A stretch of DNA of 64,000 nucleotides. It comes from an uncultured virus (IMG/VR IMGVR_UViG_3300032167_000103) (Duplodnaviria > Heunggongvirae > Uroviricota > Caudoviricetes). The DNA is taken from positions 1 through 64,000 of IMG/VR virus record IMGVR_UViG_3300032167_000103; one strand, written 5' to 3'. Positions 50,826-59,565 of the stretch are shown piece after piece (positions within the stretch are counted from its first letter, which is position 1; every line of letters begins with the position of its first letter). Under the pieces are notes generated by a model, which had not been told where the DNA came from, made no database searches, and was given only the letters and a program-made list of their open reading frames with translations. The translations under genes and the position numbers were made by a program.

Positions 50826-52499
50826 TTATTTTAGCATGTTATAATATACTCCATGCTTTTCTACTAGTTCTTGATGACTTCCTGATTCTACCACTGTACC
50901 GTTTTGGATCACATAAATTATATCACAATTTTGTATAGTTGATAATCTATGAGCGATTGTTATTATAGTCTTTCCTTCCAAGGCATCTACTGCATCTTGA
51001 ATGATAGTTTCAGATTCATTATCGAGAGCACTTGTGGCTTCGTCTAGTAGTATAATTTCCGGGTTCTTAAGAAATAATCTTGCTAAAGATATTCTCTGTT
51101 TCTGTCCACCTGATAGTTTTAAACCTCTTGGCCCAACTTCTGTGTCAAACTTCTTGTCCAATGACAATATGAATTCTAGAATATGAGCTTTGTTGCAGGC
51201 ATCTAATAATTCATTTTCAGTAGCATGAGATGAACCATACATGATATTTTCTTTAATAGTTCCAGGAAAGATTATGTTTTCCTGATGTACAGATCCAACG
51301 TGTTTTCTATAACTATCAAGTGTTATCTCGTTTAACGGAACTCCATCAATTGTTATTTCTCCACCCTTATGATCATAGAAACGATTCAGAAGTTTAAATA
51401 AAGTTGATTTTCCACCACCACTAGTTCCACAAATTCCTATTTTCTGCCCTTTCTTAATTTTCATATTAACGCCAGCTAATGTATTGTTAGAATTATCATA
51501 TGAAAATGTTACATTTTTGAGATTAATTTCATCCTTAAATTCTAACAACTCTACAGACCCATCTCTCATCAAACCAGGATATTCAATAATATTTTTATAT
51601 TCATCTTTCAATGACATGTTATCAGAAATATCAGATATAAAATCAAGTATTGCTAACATTGGATCCATGAGTTTAAATACTAGCATTATTAAACTCATTG
51701 CTTGAGCTTGATTAAGAGCTTCAAGAGAAAGCTGATAAATTGTATATCCAATTACAATAATTAATCCAACTGCTTCAACACCATCTATTGATCCATATAA
51801 TATTGAATTAATTTTTGCTTTCTTTATTTGGTTTCCGCATATTTCTTGATTTTTATTTCTTATAGAAATTCGATGTTCTTCAACTGTATTAAATGATCTA
51901 ACCTCGGCAAATCCATTAATGATGTTTTCTACTTCCTGATTCCTTTTTCTTTTGACAACTGTAAACGCTTCATCAATTTTCATATACTCTTTATAAACTT
52001 TACTGAAAATTATCATTCCTATGAAATAAATGATGATTATTGGAATTATCATATCTCCACCAATTTGATACATTGTAAACAATGTTATGATTATCGCACA
52101 GCAACGAATGATGAAAGCTCCGGTATTCATACCGATACTAGAAATCTTACTGAGAAATTCTTGAGCAGTATTAATTCGAGCAACCGAATATTTAGTAAAC
52201 ATTTTGTATTCAGCACCTAGAATTTTATCTACATATCTATTGATCAATGTAGTATACACTTGTTTGATACTAGCTGTTCGTAAATAACCAACAAGAGAAC
52301 TTGCAATTATATTCGTGATTAGTACGAATACGAGTGTGATCAAATGATTAATCCAATTTTCAATATCACCGAAAATATTGGATATCATTATCACTAAATA
52401 GTTACTGATTACCACTGTTACAAGATTACAGATAAACCAACATAACAACATCATGCAAGCTTTCTTATCTTGTAACCATTCTTTGAAAATAAATTTCAT
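50826..52499 (-). CDS. ABC exporter, fused TMD-NBD (MsbA/ABCB-like)
   Basis: About six TM helices; Walker A GTSGGGKST, LSGGQKQR signature, ILLDEATSALD, IAHRLST; no N-terminal C39 peptidase. Confidence 0.95.
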   Translation of the reverse strand: MKFIFKEWLQDKKACMMLLCWFICNLVTVVISNYLVIMISNIFGDIENWINHLITLVFVLITNIIASSLVGYLRTASIKQVYTTLINRYVDKILGAEYKMFTKYSVARINTAQEFLSKISSIGMNTGAFIIRCCAIIITLFTMYQIGGDMIIPIIIIYFIGMIIFSKVYKEYMKIDEAFTVVKRKRNQEVENIINGFAEVRSFNTVEEHRISIRNKNQEICGNQIKKAKINSILYGSIDGVEAVGLIIVIGYTIYQLSLEALNQAQAMSLIMLVFKLMDPMLAILDFISDISDNMSLKDEYKNIIEYPGLMRDGSVELLEFKDEINLKNVTFSYDNSNNTLAGVNMKIKKGQKIGICGTSGGGKSTLFKLLNRFYDHKGGEITIDGVPLNEITLDSYRKHVGSVHQENIIFPGTIKENIMYGSSHATENELLDACNKAHILEFILSLDKKFDTEVGPRGLKLSGGQKQRISLARLFLKNPEIILLDEATSALDNESETIIQDAVDALEGKTIITIAHRLSTIQNCDIIYVIQNGTVVESGSHQELVEKHGVYYNMLK

Positions 52500-52532
52500 T
52501 TTAAGCACCTTCCTTTTCTTTATTATACATTA

Positions 52533-52542
52533 ATAATATATT
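52533..52542 (-). promoter_or_regulatory. putative phage promoter AATATATTAT
   Basis: Recurrent motif upstream of the ABC gene. Confidence 0.5.
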
Positions 52543-52567
52543 TACATAAAAAGAAATGATGCGTTTA

Positions 52568-52610
52568 AAATAATATGGAGAGAGGATTAAATCCTCTCTC
52601 CATATTATTT
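52568..52610. terminator. palindromic hairpin
   Basis: AAATAATATGGAGAGAGGATT/AATCCTCTCTCCATATTATTT. Confidence 0.75.
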
Positions 52611-52613
52611 GTA

Positions 52614-53723
52614 TTATTCGCTAACGGATTCAGATTCTTCTGTGATTGGAGGTGTTACTTCGTGTTCAGTTTCAGGTTCCTTAATGAAATCAATAAACTG
52701 ATCTTCAAAAGCAATGATATTATTAAGCAGATTCTGCTTTCTTTCCTCTCTCCAAGTATTGCGGATAAATGCATCTAAAGCAATAACCATACAAACAGTC
52801 TTCACACGACCATCATCTTCAGGATCACTTGCTTTACAATATCCACATGTTGCCATGAAATATAATAGAAGAACATTGTTAGCTTTATGATATTTCTCAG
52901 GAAGGAATCTCTGTTCAAACTGTGCAATTTCCAAAATGAACTTCTGAGAAATCTTTAACTGGGAAAGTTTTGTTCTACATCTTTCAAGCCAATATTCAAT
53001 CTTCTTTGGATCTCCAAGTGCTTTGAGAATACGATCTCTTTCATCTTCTGCAAAAGGTTTAGCTAACCATCCAAGGAATTTTCGATCATAATAAAGATCG
53101 ATACTTTCCTGCATCTTAGCTTTCTTTTCAGGATCTTCTTCCTCTTCAGCCTTTGCTTTGAGAACTTCAATATTCTTTTCTTCTTCTACTTCAAGTAGTT
53201 CAAGATAAGCATCATGAATCTGACGATATTCACGCATAGTTGTTAACCAACCAAAGAAGTCATTACAAGCAGCCTTAATTCGATCAACTGTCTGAGAGAA
53301 CATAACACCATGAATAGGATGCTCCTCACCAAAGATTCTATTTACTTCTTCTTCAGTAATACAGTCAATACCATTTAAATGATCCCAGTTATTTCTTTCT
53401 TCTTCACTGATATCTTCAGGCATAGGAGTACGATGATCATCGTTCCATTTACCAAGTTCTTTCATATGAGTATCATTAATATGTAACTCACGAGCAGAAG
53501 CACTCCACTGATTCTGCATAATCTGAACCATCATTTCAGCCTGCTTCATAAGTTCTTCAATCTGTTTCATACTCATTTCATTAATTGGGTTTTCAGGATC
53601 CAATTCAATAGGACCACTTTCCGCAATCTCTTCCTGAACTGCTTCTACAGTTTCGTTTTCTTTAATTTCTTCTTGTGCAGTTTCACTACCAGGAAATGCA
53701 ATTACTTTACTTTCGTCACTCAT
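52614..53723 (-). CDS. acidic helical hypothetical protein
   Basis: 369-aa ORF, AAGGAGG RBS. Confidence 0.8.
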   Translation of the reverse strand: MSDESKVIAFPGSETAQEEIKENETVEAVQEEIAESGPIELDPENPINEMSMKQIEELMKQAEMMVQIMQNQWSASARELHINDTHMKELGKWNDDHRTPMPEDISEEERNNWDHLNGIDCITEEEVNRIFGEEHPIHGVMFSQTVDRIKAACNDFFGWLTTMREYRQIHDAYLELLEVEEEKNIEVLKAKAEEEEDPEKKAKMQESIDLYYDRKFLGWLAKPFAEDERDRILKALGDPKKIEYWLERCRTKLSQLKISQKFILEIAQFEQRFLPEKYHKANNVLLLYFMATCGYCKASDPEDDGRVKTVCMVIALDAFIRNTWREERKQNLLNNIIAFEDQFIDFIKEPETEHEVTPPITEESESVSE

Positions 53724-53746
53724 GTTAAATATCCTCCTTAAACATG

Positions 53747-54199
53747 TTAAATTTCATCTACTGTTTTTGATAGTAGATCTTTAATGGTATCCATTGTTAT
53801 ACGAATAATATATGATTCGTAAAACTCTTTAGTGAATAGTGTGTCATCAAATATGATTCTATCAGCATTAATACTGTCATGTACTTCATTACTGATATCT
53901 GCCACTAAAGTTCTGATATTTTCTTTCGTTGTCATTTCAACTTTATGATTGTCAATGAAATCTCTGAAATGCAAGAAAGTTACTTGGGTTGTAAACATAC
54001 GAACATATTTCAATATATCTTCAGAATATTGAGTGTTCTTTCGTTCACTATCTTTCTTTAATTTTGCATTTAGTTCTTGTAATTCTTCTTCTCTCTTTTT
54101 TAATATGAGATAGTTTCGGAGCACACATAAAAATGCTCCGAAACTAATCAACATTGATACAGAGAGAATAGGAATAATGATTTTATAAATTTCTTCCAT
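53747..54199 (-). CDS. single-TM hypothetical protein
   Basis: 150-aa ORF with an N-terminal TM helix. Confidence 0.7.
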   Translation of the reverse strand: MEEIYKIIIPILSVSMLISFGAFLCVLRNYLILKKREEELQELNAKLKKDSERKNTQYSEDILKYVRMFTTQVTFLHFRDFIDNHKVEMTTKENIRTLVADISNEVHDSINADRIIFDDTLFTKEFYESYIIRITMDTIKDLLSKTVDEI

Positions 54200-54216
54200 A
54201 TCATTTACCTCTCTTT

Positions 54217-54727
54217 TTATTTGCTGATAGCGAAATCTTCCAAATGAGTCTTAAACAAGTTGATTATATTATCAGTGAGATATTTCTTCTTGAATGGAAG
54301 ATTTTCTACTACATAGTCCCAAACTTCGTCAACATCATCAATATCTCCAGGATTCTCTTTAAGATATCTTCTGTATATTTTACCAAGTTTCTTGAGATGA
54401 TACATTTCATTAGATGTGCAGAAGATTGTACTATTACCTACTACAAATCCTACACTATCTTCATCGTGTTCTGCCTCACCGATATATTCATCTTCATCGA
54501 TGATTGTTTCCATACGTACTCCTAATGATTTCAGATATACCTGAAGAACTTCTACAGATCGTTGAGTAAAATTATCCGGAATATTATAATGACCATCTTC
54601 TGATAATATAGCTTCATACATATAACGTCTTCCATCAATTGAAGATCTGTATAGTGCACTAACTAATGCGAAGTCTTGAGGATCTGTAATTACAAGGAAA
54701 TTAGGCGTTTCGTACTCCCCAAATCTA
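54217..54727 (-). CDS. rpoB: RNAP beta (C-terminal subunit), exon 3
   Basis: RFGEYE corresponds to bacterial RFGEME; SVEVLQVYLKSLG; frame restored by splicing. Confidence 0.88.
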
Positions 54728-54947
54728 CAAGGGATTTTCTTAACTTTCAATTTCGTGAATAGATTAGACTATATCTTCAAATAATATCTATTACCAATAT
54801 TATTTGCCCTCCATTTCCATATTGCACTATTTATCATTCCACTATAAATAGACTAATGAATTCATTAGCTGTACTCTACTGACTGTATTAGTATCGTATT
54901 TCTCGAATACTACAGTTGGTCGATAGTCGTTGAACTTTATACTGTGT

Positions 54948-55796
54948 TTATTGACGTTTAACTGGTATACTATATAAACAACTAATATGTTTCCATGATC
55001 TTTTAGTATTAATATCATAAATTAACGTTTTAGGAACATTCATAATCTCAGATATTTCCATTATTTTCACATTTGGATTTTCTAACATTTTACAAATATT
55101 ATGAATTTTATCTTCTGAATATTCATTTCTAAAATTTATCGAAGGAATATTATATTCAGAAGAAATATGTGTCCATGTTTCACCTTTTCTAATATGATAA
55201 ATAATTATAGATGAAACACCTGTTAATTCTGATATTAAAGCTGGATTACTATTAGTATTTTCTAACATTTCACATACTAATCTAATTTGTTCTTCAGTAT
55301 ACACATTTTCTGGATGTTTAATACCTTTAATGTCTAAAAGACCAGTATCTACTGCATGTTGCATATTTTCTTGAATTGTGACCCATTCTAAGTTCCCAAC
55401 CCAATTACATGTTTTAATACCATTCTTGTGATTTACAAATGGTTTATTCTCTGGATTTGGAATAAATGCTTCAGCTACTAACCTATGTATGGAACGTTTA
55501 TATGGTTTTTCTTTTAGACCATAAATATTTATCATCAGATATCCAGCATTTGTAACAGCACCTTGAATAGTTTGATTTTTAACATTTATCACAACGCCTG
55601 TATTACTAATCTTATATCCTGAATCTTTACCATCAATAATCACTGGTTTCCATACAGGATTATTCAGATCATGAATGTATTGATTTAACAATTGTATTTC
55701 TGCAATTTGTAATTCATAATCATTCTTGTTAAATAGATATTGAGAATGTTTATTTCTTTCTTCTTGTAATAATTTATCTAATTTAGATAGTTTCAT
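54948..55796 (-). CDS. intron-encoded NUMOD4/HNH homing endonuclease
   Basis: WKPV...YKISNTG; IHRLVAEAFIPNPENKPFVNHKNGIKTCNWVGNLEWVTIQENMQHA; two C-terminal helical repeats; ATG after AAGGAGGT. Confidence 0.92.
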   Translation of the reverse strand: MKLSKLDKLLQEERNKHSQYLFNKNDYELQIAEIQLLNQYIHDLNNPVWKPVIIDGKDSGYKISNTGVVINVKNQTIQGAVTNAGYLMINIYGLKEKPYKRSIHRLVAEAFIPNPENKPFVNHKNGIKTCNWVGNLEWVTIQENMQHAVDTGLLDIKGIKHPENVYTEEQIRLVCEMLENTNSNPALISELTGVSSIIIYHIRKGETWTHISSEYNIPSINFRNEYSEDKIHNICKMLENPNVKIMEISEIMNVPKTLIYDINTKRSWKHISCLYSIPVKRQ

Positions 55797-55818
55797 ATTG
55801 ATTACCTCCTTTCTATAT

Positions 55819-55828
55819 AGAATATATG
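55819..55828 (-). promoter_or_regulatory. intron-internal putative promoter CATATATTCT
   Basis: Recurrent motif just upstream of the HNH RBS. Confidence 0.5.
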
Positions 55829-56015
55829 ATTTGATTTTAGTCAATAATATACACAGTATTTTAGCTGCGGATTATCCAATCTTATAACGTTTTTACCATC
55901 CCTAACCCATTACAGTTAGTACTAACACTGTCCATTACTGGCAGCTGTGGTAGTTATAAGCTCTAAGGAACTTCCCGCAATTAAAAGGGTTTAAAGCCAA
56001 CTAGATTTGTAGTTA

Positions 56016-56722
56016 ATCGGCTTTGTTGATTTCCAATCTCTACCAGTTTTATTCGAGTTACTCTTCTCAGGTAGAGATTCATCACCAATGGCTCCAGAAG
56101 ATCTAACAGAGAAACCTTTCTCACCGGACTGTTTAAGCATCATGATATATTGATATCCAACATAATCGTCACCAATCCAAATATCCCTTCCCCACTTTGG
56201 TTTAGGAGCAAAGATATGATAAGGTTTAATAATATCACCATACTTTTCATATATCTCTAAGATAGAATCTCGTAATGACCATTCTTCATTGAAAGGTTCC
56301 CATCTTGAATATAATCCATTATTGGTGATAAGTAATCCATTTCTATCTACAGAGATACAGTCTTGAATGAAATGTTTCTTTTGATAATCTGATAAACCAT
56401 CATAAATATCTTCTAAATCTTTAGTCTGTTTAGGATTTAAGATTCGTAATATATCGAACATAAATTCTTTTTGTTCTTCTATAGTATCTAAAGTTGCTGC
56501 ATGTTTTCTAGCACGATCTAGAATAAATGTAACTGATCCTTCATACATAACCATTGGAATAGTACGATTGATAATAGCCAATGGATTAGTTATTAAATCT
56601 ACTCGTTCTCGTACTCCTTTAGCATGTTTTACACCATATTGATCAGTTGTCATTTCTGTAGTTAAATATGGCATTTCTTCATCTGGCCATATACTACATG
56701 TCACAGTCTTGTTTCCATGCCT
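56016..56722 (-). CDS. rpoB: RNAP beta (C-terminal subunit), exon 2
   Basis: RHGNKTV...EEMPY, DLITNPLAIINR, VGYQYIMMLKQ...SVRSSG. Confidence 0.9.
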
Positions 56723-57150
56723 CGGTTTCTTACACATTGATTCGCAACATCAATGCAGCAACTTAATGCTTCTTATGCTTTCACATAACGACAGTAGAAT
56801 TTCACTACTGAAGGATCTTTCGATCGTCGAGATCATATCTTTCATAGTAATTATACTATGACCGGCATTTCGATTTAAGGGATTCTCACCCACCTCTTAG
56901 ACCTTATTCAGTCCTGCTTAGGCCCTACTCCTATTGATAATATTAATTTATTAATATTATCCAAGGGATGATCGTTGAACTCATATCCTGTTTAGGATAC
57001 TTCGCTGCGTCGGTTGTCCCTATTTCTAACATTTTTACTATACCTTTGGAATTACCCATTGCCCCATAGTATATCACTATCTATGGTTAGTAGTTAGAAC
57101 TTAACAGGAGTTTCCCGCAATTAGCACGATTTTACGTCGGCATGCATTTT
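56723..57150 (-). mobile_element. group I intron 1 (428 nt, no ORF)
   Basis: P1 GUCGGU/GCCGAC with U.G at the 5' splice site; P AAUUGCGGGAAA; R GUUCAACGAUCA and S AAGAUAUGAUC; terminal G; splicing gives KIVG-RHGNK. Confidence 0.92.
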
Positions 57151-58293
57151 ACCGACTATTTTGCGGCCGACTTTGACGGTTTCTTTACTTCTAATCAGAA
57201 TCTCTACCATAATATTTGAAAATACAGAATCATTGAAAGCCCATTGAGCATCTGTATCCAAATAGTTCATAGCTTTACGTTTCCATCTATTGATTTCCTT
57301 GTCGATATTTTTGGAACCGCTTTTCAGAATTTTCTTACATACTTTATACACATCAGTGTAGAACCATCTTGCATCATTGTAATACTGAATAAGTTGTTTT
57401 GTAACCTTATTGGTTTTGATATTAGGATTATTGCAGTATACATTGATATCGATAATTTCAGAATCTTTAGGACAGTAATATTTAGCATCTGATTGATTGA
57501 TATGATGTAAAGAAATATCTCTCATGTCAGAAAACATTCTACTTTCTTTAATCTGACGAGTAGCTGCTAAAATACCATCACTGATAATATCACCTATATT
57601 CGGAAGACCTTGATATTCTCCTTCTTTACCATAGAGATTCAGAAGAATAGTATTTTCACTAATAGGTATGGTCTTTGATGTTACATTATTTGCTACCATT
57701 CTTTTTGCAAAAGATTCTGATAGAATAATGGCATCATCCTGTACAGCTGGATGTGCACCATATAGAATTCGACCATTTACACCAATTGAAGTATTTCCGT
57801 ATTCATCATAAGATGTAGTTGAATATAACATTGTACCTTCAGGAATAATTTCACCAACTTCTGCAGCATCAAGAAAATCATTCTTGTAATCGAAACCAAA
57901 ATTCTCAGTAAGATTTTCTACTTGATTTCTCTCTACTACTGTATACGAGTCATCCTGCCTGCAATATAAGAAGTATAAAGCAACGTTACATTTACCTTTT
58001 AGAAGGTTTTCATATTTCTTACAGATTGCATATACTTCATATTCCTTATCTGCTCTTTTATAGAATGAAGAATGTTCACCGGTAATATTTTCTTTACCAT
58101 CATACAGGAATGGAAACTCTGGATTATCTAATGTAAGATGTTGCGTATGATGTTTAATGTTCATCGTACTACGCATTACATTGTTACCTCCATAGAAATC
58201 ACCTTGACCTGTTAATGCTAATTTCTTTTTCCCTTTGAGCTCTTCATTTTTTCGTTGCAGTTCTTGGATGAGGTTATACTTTTCTCTAACCAT
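57151..58293 (-). CDS. rpoB: RNAP beta (C-terminal subunit), exon 1; spliced product 786 aa
   Basis: NVMRSTMN..HHTQ, GVN...QDDAIILSESFA, GLPNIGD, KVGRKIVG. Confidence 0.9.
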
Positions 58294-58376
58294 TTTATAT
58301 CCTCCTTTTCTGTGTTGAGTGTTAATAAATTAAGACGGTGAGTGAATTAAACATTGTTGTCTTAATTGTTAAGGGC

Positions 58377-58386
58377 AGAATATATA
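58377..58386 (-). promoter_or_regulatory. putative phage promoter TATATATTCT
   Basis: Recurrent motif upstream of the beta gene. Confidence 0.55.
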
Positions 58387-58408
58387 AATATTTATTTGGA
58401 CAAAAAAT

Positions 58409-58444
58409 GATACAATCCAGAGGGAATTCCCTCTGGATTGTATC
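58409..58444. terminator. perfect palindrome after the tail tube gene
   Basis: GATACAATCCAGAGGGAATTCCCTCTGGATTGTATC. Confidence 0.75.
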
Positions 58445-58488
58445 TGTATATATTTAAGGAAAGGAAGTGGTAGTAAACCGTTATGGGA

Positions 58489-59565
58489 TTATTCCTGTGC
58501 AAAACCATCCCAAGAAGTTCCAGCAGATCTTCCTGGCTGACCAGCAAGTTTGCCATCAACCATACTCTTGAGACCAATGTTCTTAGTAACAGGTGCAGTA
58601 GTGGTAGTAAATACAGGAACGTTACCGATATTAGTACCAGTTGCACTATCAACCGGAACAGCACCAAGAGACCTATTAAACAAGTTAGCATTACCGTTTG
58701 CATATACAGCATCACCAAGTTCAGGGTTGAAGTTCAGTGAGTTAGATACAATACGATACTGTTTTAACAAGTCATTTGCAATTGCTGTGATGATAGGAGA
58801 TCTGTACACAACGCAGTTGAAAGTAACGTCATAAGTTACGTTATCATGAGTTCCGCCCTGAGCCATATCAAGGATTGCTCCCTGATTAATTCCCTTAGGA
58901 TAACAGTCTGCAAGTAATACAGCACGTTCAACTTGAGCACCGGAACGATCATGCATGATATAGATGAATTCTGCAGTATGATTTGCTTCATTGAATGCAA
59001 TACCATCTGTACTTTCACCATTACGTGCATACAAACGTTTCTCTTTACCATCTGCGTCAGTACCACCTGAAATCCAGCCACCATAAGTAGCAAGACCACT
59101 GTTCTCATCACCGATGGCGTTCATCCAACCATCAATAACAGTGAATACAGGTGCACCCACCATTTCATACAAACCAATAGTAATTTCATTGGTTGTTTCT
59201 TTAGTTACTGTAGGAGTAAAGAACTGGCGACCTGCAAAACCACCCTGAATAGGTGTAGATGCATTTTCAATTGTTTTCTCCTGGAAACCAGTAACAGATC
59301 TATTCATATATTCAAGCATGTGCTTAAATTGAATGAACAAAGAGTTTGTGTTATACAAGTCATCTCCACCAGCAAACATTTTAGCGATTGCTAAAGGAGG
59401 ACGTACCATAAATAATCGACCGAAACCATTGAGCATTGGAGAATAGTTACGTAATGCATGATGAGTTGCATTAGTACCACCAACGAACATAGAGTATTTG
59501 GTGAAGTCAGGAGCATCAAACTGACGACCTCCGGTCTGACTGGTGATTACATTTTTAAGAGCCAT
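58489..59565 (-). CDS. putative tail tube protein
   Basis: Coupled to the sheath gene (TAATG overlap); ITIGLYE...GWMNAIGD...LADCYP...YDVTF tube-like pattern. Confidence 0.65.
   Translation of the reverse strand: MALKNVITSQTGGRQFDAPDFTKYSMFVGGTNATHHALRNYSPMLNGFGRLFMVRPPLAIAKMFAGGDDLYNTNSLFIQFKHMLEYMNRSVTGFQEKTIENASTPIQGGFAGRQFFTPTVTKETTNEITIGLYEMVGAPVFTVIDGWMNAIGDENSGLATYGGWISGGTDADGKEKRLYARNGESTDGIAFNEANHTAEFIYIMHDRSGAQVERAVLLADCYPKGINQGAILDMAQGGTHDNVTYDVTFNCVVYRSPIITAIANDLLKQYRIVSNSLNFNPELGDAVYANGNANLFNRSLGAVPVDSATGTNIGNVPVFTTTTAPVTKNIGLKSMVDGKLAGQPGRSAGTSWDGFAQE

Larger units (their letters stand above)
54728..56015 (-). mobile_element. group I intron 2 (1288 nt) containing an HNH ORF
   Basis: P1 AAAGCCGAU pairs with GUUGGCUUU giving U.G at the 5' splice site; P10 AAAUCUA/UAGAUUU; P AAUUGCGGGAA, Q AAUCCGCAGC, R GUUCAACGACUA, S AAGAUAUAGUC; terminal G. 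Confidence 0.92.

Noticed and set aside
50826..52499. Peptidase-containing (PCAT) bacteriocin exporter
   Set aside because: No N-terminal C39 domain; the protein starts directly with the TM region
54217..58293. RNAP beta as a pseudogene or three independent genes
   Set aside because: Both gaps have group I core elements, and precise splicing restores conserved motifs in frame (786 aa)
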